Of a stretch of DNA of 64,000 nt, positions 54,081-64,000 are shown piece after piece. The notes below the pieces were generated by a model. It did not search any database, was not told the origin of the DNA, and was given only the letters and a program-made list of their open reading frames with translations. This DNA comes from Salisapilia sapeloensis CBS 127946. Lineage: Eukaryota > Protista > Oomycota. The position numbers and the translations under genes are program-made. Positions within the stretch are counted from its first letter, which is position 1. The number at the start of each line of letters is the position of its first letter. The stretch covers positions 36,880 to 100,879 of the forward strand of contig JAADVB010000040.1 of NCBI GenBank assembly GCA_023334545.1. The letters run 5' to 3'.

Positions 54081-55259
54081 TCACTTGCTTAGCTTTTCCT
54101 TGATAGCTTCCCAGTCACTTTCATCCAAGAGTTTTAGATTCTTTTTAATATCATCAAGCTCGGGCTCTAGCATAGGAAGTAGCGTGGCGCTGTTTCCAGC
54201 CGATAGGCCTGCTACTTTATAAACGAAGCCTCTTACCGTGTCCATCATAGTGTAAAAGGTTGGTGAAAAGGATTGGCATCCATCCGGACCATAGCTCGTA
54301 ATGCCCACAAGAGTGTTATTGATAATGAGAGGTGTCCCAGCGTCTGCTCCGCATGCCGTATGATATCCTTTCCACGCATCTTTTGAAATATGGTCCACAT
54401 TGTAGCCTTCTGTGATGAGCAAGTTGTTAAGCTTATCTGGAATTTTGCCACGAGCACATCCCATGCCACTTTCAAAGCCTATCTCGACCGGTTTCCCATC
54501 CGGCGAAAATTCGCTCCACTTTAAGTATCCATCACCTGCCAGATATGTGCAGTTGGTATTCGTCATTAGCCGCACATCTGTCGCATAGTGAACGTAACTC
54601 GATTCATATCCTCCTGCAACTCCTCCCCAGCCAACCACCATTGCGTTCACATTTTCAATCTCAAACGTACCATCGTATATTTTGATAAATGGATACGGTG
54701 CAGTAGACTTGTCGTTTTCGCTCCATCCTTTGGGCAGATGTACATCGTTTTTCAATCTGAGGACAGCAACATCGTACACACTACTTGAAAAAGTAAAGTA
54801 TTCGTGGTACCATACTTTTTCCACTTCCAACCTAGTAGCGTTCGACAAATGCTTGGCAGTCTTAAACTGCGCGACGTAAGGGATCACATCTAGTTTGCGA
54901 CCTATCATTTCCTTCTTCTCGAACCATACGCTCGGCTTCAGGACACAATGAGCCGCTGTGATTATAGATCTTCTCGCGATCAAAGCCCCACCACAAACAT
55001 CCTTATAATGCCCGTCGTGACCTACTATAGTAACCATAAAAGGAAATTTTCTTTCAAACTCTTTCTGGTCAAGAGCTTTTCCATCGTAAATGCGATTCTC
55101 TGCTTCCACTGGCGCATGCGTGTCAACATTTGCGTCAACGGCGGATGTTAAGTCTTCGCTAAATGCTGCTTCAACTTGCTTTAATCGATGAGATAAAACA
55201 GCAAGGCATACAACAAGCGATATCATACAAGCCCTATGCATGAACATGTAAATCCCCAT
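54081..55259 (-). CDS. Secreted S1 serine protease homologue B, Ser195->Ala, 392 aa
   Basis: Signal peptide; R|IYDG; CGGALIARRSIITAAHC, YDVAVLRL, VVGWG, ACGADAGTPL, LVGITSYGPDGC. Confidence 0.87.
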   Translation of the reverse strand: MGIYMFMHRACMISLVVCLAVLSHRLKQVEAAFSEDLTSAVDANVDTHAPVEAENRIYDGKALDQKEFERKFPFMVTIVGHDGHYKDVCGGALIARRSIITAAHCVLKPSVWFEKKEMIGRKLDVIPYVAQFKTAKHLSNATRLEVEKVWYHEYFTFSSSVYDVAVLRLKNDVHLPKGWSENDKSTAPYPFIKIYDGTFEIENVNAMVVGWGGVAGGYESSYVHYATDVRLMTNTNCTYLAGDGYLKWSEFSPDGKPVEIGFESGMGCARGKIPDKLNNLLITEGYNVDHISKDAWKGYHTACGADAGTPLIINNTLVGITSYGPDGCQSFSPTFYTMMDTVRGFVYKVAGLSAGNSATLLPMLEPELDDIKKNLKLLDESDWEAIKEKLSK

Positions 55260-55686
55260 TTCGTTTGTCGGGGTAGTGTGATCTTTAGCGCGAGATTCTT
55301 CTAATGAAAGAACGATAAAGTGCTGGCCATGGTCATCATAGGTTCAAATTGGAATTCATGGATTCATTGGCCTGATCGTACCTTGCGATGACACATGTAT
55401 GAATCAAATGGACCACAAGCAGTATTCAATCGTTTCTACAATTGCACGAACAGTTCTAAAAGCTTACTCCTACACTGATACGAAAAGATGTAGCAGAAAG
55501 GGAATTAAATGTAATCGAATTGATGCTTGAAAAGATGATATACCTGCCAAATTCATGGTGACTACGCCATCGTACGTCTTATCATCTTCCTGTATCTTTT
55601 CAAGATTTCATGCGTCTTGGATTATTAGCAATAGTTGAAGCTTGGTCTGAAAAGAAACGACAGACAACAAATTAGGACATCTAACG

Positions 55687-55696
55687 GCCAATCGAA
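55687..55696. promoter_or_regulatory. CCAAT box upstream of PUS7
   Basis: GCCAATCGAA (one mismatch to the reverse complement of TYTGATTGGC), 24-33 nt before ATG 55720. Confidence 0.4.
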
Positions 55697-55719
55697 GATT
55701 AGCCAAGTATCTGCTTCCT

Positions 55720-57965
55720 ATGGGCAAGTCTGGACGTTTTGGGATGCGTGGAAGAGGTCGTGGTGGGCGAGGTAGAGGCAGAGGTGGCAATGACAGAAAG
55801 CCGGATATGCGCCAATTTAAAGGTCCCGGATATAATGACGCTGTGGCCATGAGTGTCGATGAGAGCGTCGTTGGCATTACACGGTACTTGAGGACTGAAG
55901 TCAGTGGATTTCAAGGAACGACAAAGCAACGATACTCGGACTTTATTGTGAGAGAAGTGAGTGCTTCCGGTGATGTCGTGCGTTTAACGGATGTCAAAAA
56001 GGTATCCAGTACCGACAAGAAACAGAACACGAAACAGAATCTCGGAAATACTTTCAAGTCGCGTATTTTTGAAATGATCGAAAATGCAGAGTCGACACCA
56101 GCTGGTCAGGCGGTGAAAGAAGCAGGGAACATGGCGAAAGAAGGACGGGAAGTGCGAGATATTGTTGGAAAACTAGCTCAACGGCTGTATTATCAGCAGA
56201 ATCAGCTCAAGCAGGAGCAAAAGGAGGTTGATCTTCGCCCCCGAATCCAGCAGCTGAAAGCAGAGATGGCTGGTGTATGTGATCAGTCCGTTGCAAACCG
56301 CTTGGAAACCTTTTTGCTGTCTTTGCTACCATCCAACGCGAACGCCACAAGCTCTGAAGGCGCATCGTTTCTCTTTCCGGAAATCACGGACAAGGATTCT
56401 CGTAAGCGCGTTCACGAATTGCTTCGGGAGCACTTGGGCGAGTTTGTCGTTTCCGACACGATCACAGAGAACGACAAGACCGTTATCCGCGTCCGCAAAT
56501 CTTCTGTCGGTGGCCAGAAGAGAAAGGATGTCGATGTTCGGTCGAAACAACAGCAGTGGCCGTCCGACCGTCCTGACTTTTTGCAGTTTGTCCTCTACAA
56601 ATCAAACGTGGAAACGGGTACGGTGATGCAACAGCTCGCGAAAGCATTAAAACTCAGCGTCTCATCCTTTAGCTACGCCGGCACGAAAGATAAGCGTGGC
56701 ATTACAACTCAGCTGTGCACCGTCTATCGTGGACCCATCGAACGAGTGGTGGGCATGAACAGAGGAGACCGAGAGCTTGACCAGTTCAACTTCCTCGTCG
56801 GCAACGCCCAGTACGTTCCAGACAAACTTAATCTTGGAGACTTGCAAGGCAATCGCTTTTCGATTGCCATTCGGAGCCTTCCATCCGACGACGAGATTTC
56901 AGACGAGAGCGTTCATGCTGCTGTCGAGAGCTGGAAGAAGAATGGATATATCAACTACTTCGGCTTGCAACGGTTCGGGACAAAGTCCATTGCCACCCAT
57001 GAGATCGGTCGAGCACTTTTACAACGCAATCCGAAGCTAGCTGTTGAACTGATTTTGAAGCCTCAGGAGGGTGATGCGACGAAGATCAAGGAAGCTCGAC
57101 AAGAGTTCCAAGATACGTGGGACATTGCTCAAGCGTTGAAGGCGTTTCCTCCGTACCTAGTGGCCGAAAGAGCGGTGCTGAATGGATTGAGTAAGCACGG
57201 TGACCAAGCTTTCCAGCACGCCGTTCAAGCTATTCCTCGTCATCTACGGATGATGTACACTCACTCGTACCAGAGTTATGTGTGGAATAGCTTGGTGAGC
57301 AAGCGACTGGAAATGTCTCCGGATGGTGTCGTTCCTGGAGACCTGGTCCTACCTCCGAATGCTGTGAAAGAAGAGAGTATTGAGGATGATGGAAAAGACG
57401 ATGTAGAAGACGAGTCTCCAGACGCTAAGCGCCGAAAGGTGGACAAGACGGACGTGGAACCTACTGTTGTGACAGAAGAGAATGCTGCGGACTATACTCT
57501 TTATGACGTGGTATTGCCCTTGCCTGGATACAGTGTCAAGTACCCGACGAACGGACTGAAGGAAGTGTACGATCGACTGATGCAGGAGGATGGGGTCGAT
57601 TTTGAGTCTTTGGAGAAATCAACTAGTTCAGAGTATCATCTACCGGGCTCCTACCGACACTTGGTGAAGAAGCCGATTGATGTCTCGCACGAGATCAAGC
57701 GGTACGACGACCCGACTATCCCACTATTACAGACGGACGTCGACGTGCTGATGGGCAAAGAGGTTCAACCATCGATTCCAGGCGCCAAGCACAGAGCCTT
57801 GTGCCTCGAATTCCAACTGAGTACGTTCTAAATTGTATAAACTTCTGTAGTGTTGCTAACTGTACGACAGGTCCGTCTTCCTACGCAACCATGGCCGTGC
57901 GAGAACTGCTCAAGCAAAGCAGCAACATCCAAGTCCAGCTAAAGATCAATGAACAAACATCATAA
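55720..57965 (+). CDS. PUS7: TruD-family pseudouridine synthase PUS7 (731 aa; exons 55720-57820, 57871-57965) with N-terminal RGG box
   Basis: GFQGTTKQRYSDFIVREV, FVLYKSN, SYAGTKDKRGITTQ (catalytic Asp), LGDLQGNRFSI, YINYFGLQRFG, MYTHSYQSYVWN, VVLPLPG, LPGSYR; a 50-nt intron 57821-57870 restores FQLS|PSSYATMAVRELLK. Confidence 0.95.
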
Positions 57966-58020
57966 GCCTTTCGTCATCTTTTTAGCCCTTGTCAATGTAG
58001 TTTGTAGCTAAAGTGACCTC

Positions 58021-61000
58021 TTATAATCCGTCGCCCCAGTCGCGTCGCTCGATCTTGCTGCAGTATCGTCCATTGCCACTATGTGCATGCAATCAAATGA
58101 GAGAGAGTTATAGATAGCGAGTGTATAAACACGTACGTGTCTTCTCGACGAATGCGCCAGTAAGTCTCCGGACACGAGCCGTTCATCGCTTGGGTACGAC
58201 TGAGCATCTGCACAAATTCCTCGTCGTGCGTGATACACACAAGCTGAAAGTTTTGCTGCTGCGCTCGTGCCTCCAGAATGTCCGTGATGGCTTGTGCCAG
58301 CCCGTACTTGTTCTCCGTATCCAGATTGGTGGTCGGTTCATCCAGCGTCAAGACGCCGCAGTTCAAGCAGAACGTTTCGGCCAGTGCCAATCGAATTACG
58401 AGTGCCGCCAGCACCTTTTGGCCTGCACTGCAACGTCCCCTCATATCCACCTTGACACCAGCTTTGCGCATGACCACACGGTAGTCATAGGACCTCCCTG
58501 CTTTCGAGGCCACACCTTCCTCTTGACCACTAACCACCTCGATCGTGTCGATGTCCTGCCCTTTGTAAGTAATCTGCCACAACGTCCGAATGATTCCATT
58601 CAGCTCCTCCACCTTCTTGGAATGGTATTGTAGCAACGCTCGATCCAATGCTTTGTAGTACTTGTCCAAGTCGTCAGCCGCCAGTCGCGTAGTTTCATAC
58701 TCGATCATCTTCTTACGGTGCTTACCATGAGCATCAGCTAGCTCCTCCGACTCGAGCTCTTCCTCGTAAGAGCCAAGTTGTCGTTGAAGCTCGTGCTTCC
58801 GACCGCCTAACTGGGCAAGCCGGTCGCGAGCCTGCTGCAGTCGATTAAGACAACTCTGCAGCTGGTTGTTCACTTCTTCGATGGATAAAGACGTGCTAAT
58901 GCGAGACTCTAGTTCGAACACCTCCTTCTTGGTGGCCTCTACACTTGCTCGAAGCTCTCGATAGTCCATGTTCTGACGCAGTTGGCGCTTGGCGCTTTGT
59001 GCATGCTCGAGATTGTTTTGCAGCTGTGCCAAGCGAGGCTGAAGTTTTTCTAGCTCTTTCACTAGTTCCTCTTTCTCGACGTTTAGCTTGACCATCTTTT
59101 CCTTTACGCCTTCCAGTTGGGACGAGAGAGCTGCAGGAGGCTCAGCGTTAATTTGTTCGATTCGTTCTTTGATACTTTCACTCATTCGGTGCACTTCATT
59201 CAACTCATCTTGCTTCCTCACACGCTCCTCTTCTCTCTCCTGACGGAACGTTTCTCTCTTCTTACGACTATCTTCCACCTGGCCTTCTAATTCTCTTACC
59301 ACCTTTTCGATTCGACCTATTTCTTTCTCATGCTCCTTCACGTGCTCCTTTAGCTCTTGCTGTTGGCTCATCGAAGCATCAAACTCTTGTCGAGCCTCCA
59401 TTTTCTCCTGCAAATTCTGTTTCTTACGCGCTACGTCCGTCTGCAGTTTCGCTCGTACTTCCTGTAGGTTCGTTTGCTCCTTTTGCTTTTCTTGTAAAGA
59501 GTCACTGAGCTTCTGACTATGCGTCCACATCGCATCCTTCTGCTTCTCGACGTCTTCGATGGAGGAAACACCACCCGCATGTGCACCCTCCCGACGCTTT
59601 AACTCTTCGTCTTCATCTTGGAGTTTATTATCATCACGTTCGAGCGCCTTTGCTTTGGTCTCAAGCTGCTCCAACTTCTCCTGAGTCCTCGTATACCTGT
59701 TTAGCTTCTTTTCGATTCTCTGGACTTCTTCCTGGGCACCCTTTAGCTTTGTCTCGAGCGCCTTCTCCTCCTCTTGGACACTCGCTAAAGTCTCTTGCGC
59801 AGATGGCAGCTCGGCTTCGACGCTCAAGTACTCTTCGACACTCGGCATCAGTTTCTCCAGACCTTTCCATGCCTCTCGAGCTGGCTCCTCGTTTGCTCCT
59901 TCATCCTTCTCTTCTTCCACCTTCTTCTCGATGCTCTCGTGGAACACCTGCACCTCGCCCTCGTCCATCGCTCGCGTACACAACGGGCAGCAGCGTTCTG
60001 CCTGGCCTCTTTGTGACAGCTCCTGCAGCACTCGGACAGCCTCCACTGCCTTTAACGCCGTGCTCTTGGTACGCATGTACTTGTTCTCGGCGTCTTCCAC
60101 TGCTCCTCTCGCCTCTTCAATGGAGATCTCCTTCCCTTTGCGTCCGACTAACGAGAGGAAGGCTTCTACATTGTCCTTTCGCTTCGTTTGTTTACTAGTT
60201 AAAGCCTCTACCTGTTTCTCTCGACCTATACGAGTCGATCGTTTATCCTGTACTTGATCACCTACCTTCTTGGTCTCTGCTTTCTTCTCATCAAGACTGT
60301 CTTGGACTTGCTGACTAGACACCGAGAGAGATTCGAGGACGGTCGAAAGATTCGACAAGGTCAAATCACCGTTCAACAAGTCTTCGCAGTCACTCGATAC
60401 AGCCTGCAACTGGGTCTCCAGTCTCTCTCGATTGTCTGCGAGCTGGCTCTGTCGATAGGACAAGTGCTTGCGTTCGTCATCAAACTCTCGAAGACGCTTC
60501 GCGCTGTCGTTCAAGCGACCGATCTCGTCATTAGCTTCTCGAATCTCCTTCTGCAGTTTGTCCATGTCTCTAGCGATTTCTGCTCCCCCGCCATCCTCCA
60601 GATGCGCCTTTAAGGCAGACTCGTCCTTTTCTATGCTCTTTTCCAGATCCTGGACCTCACGCTGGGTCGGAAGATCTGTCATGCGCTGCAACTTGGATCC
60701 GATTGCCTTTACCTCCTCCTGCTTCGTCCCGATAACCTTCTTGAGACTAGCCAGGCGCTCCGACTCGTGGTGGAAAGAGGAGGAGAGTTTTGTCACTTCA
60801 GATGTCAGTTCGTCCTCCTCTCTCTGTTTCTGCTCACTCTCTGTCTGCAGTATCGTTCGCTTGTCCTTGACCAGAGCAGACACTTCCTTTTGGAGATCTG
60901 TCCATTCGACACGACTGATGTCGCTCAAGTCCGTCTCGAGAGTGTGCTTTTGCTGCATTTCCCGTGCAATCGACAAGAGCTCTTGACCCTGTTGCTGACG

Positions 61001-62131
61001 AACCTCGAGCTTTGCTTCCAGAGCTCCTTGGCGTTGGAAAAGAGCCGTGTACTCGCGCTCTGCTTCCTGCCTCTTCTGATTAATCGACGCCTGCTCTCGT
61101 TCCACCTCTTGCCTCTCTTGCTCAAACGAATCGACTTTTCGATTGTGGTTTTGCAGTAGCTCTTTTAACTCGTCGTCCGACTCGTCGCGCTCGACCTCGA
61201 GACTGTGATGCGCCTTCTGCATAGCTTTCTCCTCTAGTCTCAGACGCTCCTTTCGTCGGTCTCTCTCAGCCAATTGCGACTCTGTTTCTTCCTTGAAAGC
61301 TCGCGCCTCATCGGCTTTAGAGGAAGCGTCGTCTACCTCTGCCTGTGCCTCACCTTTCTCCCTTCGAAGATCATCCAACTGACTCTGGACGTCACTCGCC
61401 TTTCGATGCAGCTGGTCCGACTTTTGGATGAGCACCATGAGGACGTCGAGGTCGCGCTTCAGGTCTTTCGCATCCACGTCTCTCGCTTTCTTTAGCTTTT
61501 TTATCGCATCCAGAGCTTTTGTGTACCGAGCGGACTCGAAGATATCGTCAAAGCGTTTCTTGAGCACAGCTCCTTCCTGCAGAGGCCAGTTGGAGTCCTC
61601 CTGATGGCAGAAGATGACGCTGTCCAAAATCGCTCGGGATACGCCCAGCATGTCCGGCAAATGGCGGTCTAGCTCGGAGCACTTGTGGCTCATACTAACT
61701 TTCTCGCCACTGGCATTCACAACACGGATGACACCATCCAGAGCCTTAAACTGGACGGTCTTTCGAGTCTGCTTCAACTGATACGTGCGCTGCACCACCA
61801 TCGGCTTGCCTATTGGTCCTGCTTAATAATGTACAGATGAACGCTTCAAGTGCAGTGCCTTACCTGCTTGATTCCGAAAGCGGAGACGGACACTAGCTTT
61901 AACCTCATTCGTTCCAGCGATCTTCGGGTCGTGGATTAGACCTTGTCCACTACGAGCACCAGGTGGAAGGCCTCCGGTGCAGGCAATTTTAAGGCACTCA
62001 ATGATCGTCGTTTTGCCACAGCCATTGTCTCCTAGGATGACTGTAAGCGGATGGTGGAACTCGATGATCTCCTCTCGATTCGGACTAAAGCTCCGTATGC
62101 CACGGATCGACAGCTTTTCGATACTCGCCAT
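58021..62131 (-). CDS. RAD50: DNA repair protein RAD50 (1332 aa; exons 62131-61864, 61809-58137, 58078-58021)
   Basis: MASIEKLSIRGIRSF, Walker A GDNGCGKTTIIECL, IFCHQEDSNWPL, zinc hook CCPLC (~59980), signature MRGRCSAGQK, Walker B LDEPTTNLD, ITHDEEF; introns of 54 and 58 nt. Confidence 0.96.
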
Positions 62132-62145
62132 GATGCCAATGGACT

Positions 62146-62159
62146 TAAATGGAGAATGT
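62146..62159 (-). promoter_or_regulatory. INR/FPR-like element upstream of RAD50
   Basis: Minus strand ACATTCTCCATTTA approximates TCATTYYNCAWTTT, 15-28 nt before ATG 62131. Confidence 0.35.
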
Positions 62160-62632
62160 GATGCAGTCGGTGCCACTAATACGTTATTGAAGTTATGTTG
62201 AAGCATGATACAAGACCTCTGCTGCATCACCAGCCTTTGAATAGTTAAACCCATTTCCGGTGGACTCCAAGGGTATTCATGTATTGAGTTTAGACAAGAT
62301 ACTAGATTTCATGCAGCAACAACATCATCACCGGTCAGAACACTTTATTCGTTTCGATGAAAAAGATGTGCTTGATTCTAGATTAAGTGACAGGAACCCA
62401 TGAATGTGCAGACATTATATCTGTCGTGAGAAGTGTGGAAGAGTTATGGGAAGTAGGGGTAGTAGGAGGAAATATTCAGGTGCTGGACTTTTACTTTATT
62501 CTTATCGTGACATAAACAACTTCCCTTTTGTGATGCCAGCAACAAAGTTGGAAAGCTCGTACTAGTCCCCGAAGCACTTTAAATTTGGACTTCATCACCC
62601 TAAACCGCTCCGCACAACGCCCACGATAGCAA

Positions 62633-63718
62633 ATGTCCTTAATGTTTGCTCTCTTCCAGGTCATGGTCACTATGATTGTACTAGTGTTTGCAACGCCGAT
62701 GAATAAAGCACCGGTCAGCGTGTCCAAGACTACGCACAGCTTTGCTGACATGACCGCGACGATCGATCCTGTGGGCGACAACATAACTGGTGGCGAAATG
62801 AATCGGATTCATGCAGGGAGAATGGTAAGCCATGAAGAGTTTGGTCGAACATACTCGTTTATGGTTGCTGTAATACAACAAAATGGAAATCGATGCTCTG
62901 GATTCCTCGTGAATCTATACTACGTCATGACTGCTGCCCATTGTGCCGTCTCCTCTCATGAAAGAGACGTGAATGGGACTCTACTAACAATAGCTGAAGG
63001 CGTCTCAACAAATGACATTGCTGTGATACCCAACGAATTCAATGAAGATTACTATCATCTAGTGGACGTGATCTATCACCCTAGATTTAACCCAATCGAC
63101 GGCTCCTACGACGTTGCGCTTCTTGAACTAGGGCGTCCTGTGAGGCGGCAATACGAGTACGTTGACATCCAGAACGAGGGACGATTTCCTTTCCGGTCAC
63201 AGTTTTTAGAGTTTGTGGATGCAAACTTTCGAGCGGAAGACATCAATAGAGACATGACAATAATTGGGTTTGGCGATCAATATCAAGAGGGTAATCCACA
63301 CAACATACCACAACCACTTCGCTTTGAAGACCATCGTCCATTTACTATTCGAGTCGCAACCGACATGATCAGAACTACGAAGGAGTTTTGTAAGCAATCC
63401 TGGAGGCGTACTATCCGTGGGGATGGAAGGCGCCACCGCATCGGGGATGATAAGATATGTGTTCGAGGAGCCGGTGTTGAAGATCACCATCCACTCCAAT
63501 CCTATACGATGAGGTACTATCACACTATATGCGAACGAGACGCTGGAAGTCCACTACTATTCCAAAACAAATTGGTAGGAATCGCAAGTTTCGGGCCGGA
63601 ACCATGTGGAAGCACAATTCCTGCTGTCTTCACTTTACTCAATGCCGTCCGAGATTTCGTCTTAGAAGAGATGGCATATCGCACGGTTGACGAATTCGGC
63701 ACCAAGGTGGCACTTTAA
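62633..63718 (+). CDS. Secreted S1 serine protease homologue C, Ser195->Ala, 361 aa
   Basis: Signal peptide; R|IHAG; CSGFLVNLYYVMTAAHC, YDVALLEL, IIGFG, ICERDAGSPL, LVGIASFGPEPC. Confidence 0.87.
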   Translation: MSLMFALFQVMVTMIVLVFATPMNKAPVSVSKTTHSFADMTATIDPVGDNITGGEMNRIHAGRMVSHEEFGRTYSFMVAVIQQNGNRCSGFLVNLYYVMTAAHCAVSSHERDVNGTLLTIAEGVSTNDIAVIPNEFNEDYYHLVDVIYHPRFNPIDGSYDVALLELGRPVRRQYEYVDIQNEGRFPFRSQFLEFVDANFRAEDINRDMTIIGFGDQYQEGNPHNIPQPLRFEDHRPFTIRVATDMIRTTKEFCKQSWRRTIRGDGRRHRIGDDKICVRGAGVEDHHPLQSYTMRYYHTICERDAGSPLLFQNKLVGIASFGPEPCGSTIPAVFTLLNAVRDFVLEEMAYRTVDEFGTKVAL

Positions 63719-64000
63719 TAGAACGCGCTAGTACGGGCATTCGACATCATAAGTAACTTCACATCAATGTACCTCACTTATTAAAAAAAGGAATATCGCG
63801 CGATTTCATAAGAGTGACAAATCAATCCGTTCATTTCCTCTTAAATTTGTCGGTGTCTAATTCTGGCATCTCCATGCTTCATTCAGTTTGGTCTATCCCC
63901 ACTACTTTTATTACGAATGACATGTTCGATAGTAGAAGAGAGTGTGACTTTAACAACGAACACTGCAAAAAGTACTACGAGAAGACGAAGTTGTGAATTC

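Noticed and set aside
55320-55355. TGGCC..TGGT..GGTTCAAAT as a tRNA
   Set aside because: The D-loop to T-loop distance is far too short, with no anticodon arm or acceptor stem.
1-64000. CRISPR arrays, rRNA, transposase/reverse-transcriptase ORFs, RxLR-dEER or Crinkler LFLAK effectors
   Set aside because: No regularly spaced repeats, rRNA signatures, RT/integrase/DDE motifs, or signal-peptide-linked RxLR-dEER/LFLAK motifs were seen in any frame.

Overview
Eukaryotic, gene-dense genomic DNA, almost certainly from a zoospore-forming oomycete (stramenopile). This rests on short GT-AG introns (22 that I could resolve with frame-consistent junctions; 21 are 50-70 nt, one is 116 nt), oomycete-type INR/FPR and CCAAT promoter motifs, membrane-anchored GH72 glucanosyltransferases and a kelch-containing flagellar outer-arm dynein heavy chain. 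The species cannot be determined from the sequence. I find 24 protein-coding genes and one decayed pseudogene fragment, and no tRNA, rRNA, CRISPR array or recognisable transposon. Housekeeping genes: giant HERC-like HECT ligase (5'-truncated by the window), TRM10, OLA1/YchF, ODA alpha-type dynein, ILV6, PUS7, RAD50. Accessory-looking block at about 13-31.3 kb: isochorismatase-like hydrolase, three tyrosine-aminotransferase paralogues, a JmjC oxygenase, a membrane-anchored papain protease plus its pseudogene, two tandem SRPBCC/START-fold proteins and two tandem GH72 genes. Further right are a double-bZIP factor, a secreted GH3 and three highly divergent secreted trypsin-fold proteins that all lack the catalytic serine. 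Best leads: (1) the Ser195-less, zymogen-like protease homologues, possibly a new GIP-like inhibitor/decoy family; (2) the diversified TAT paralogues with a gene-conversion tract and different pocket residues, clustered with an oxygenase and ligand-binding folds; (3) an unannotated papain pseudogene whose catalytic Cys codon is now TGA. Domain calls are motif-based by eye; no database search was run.
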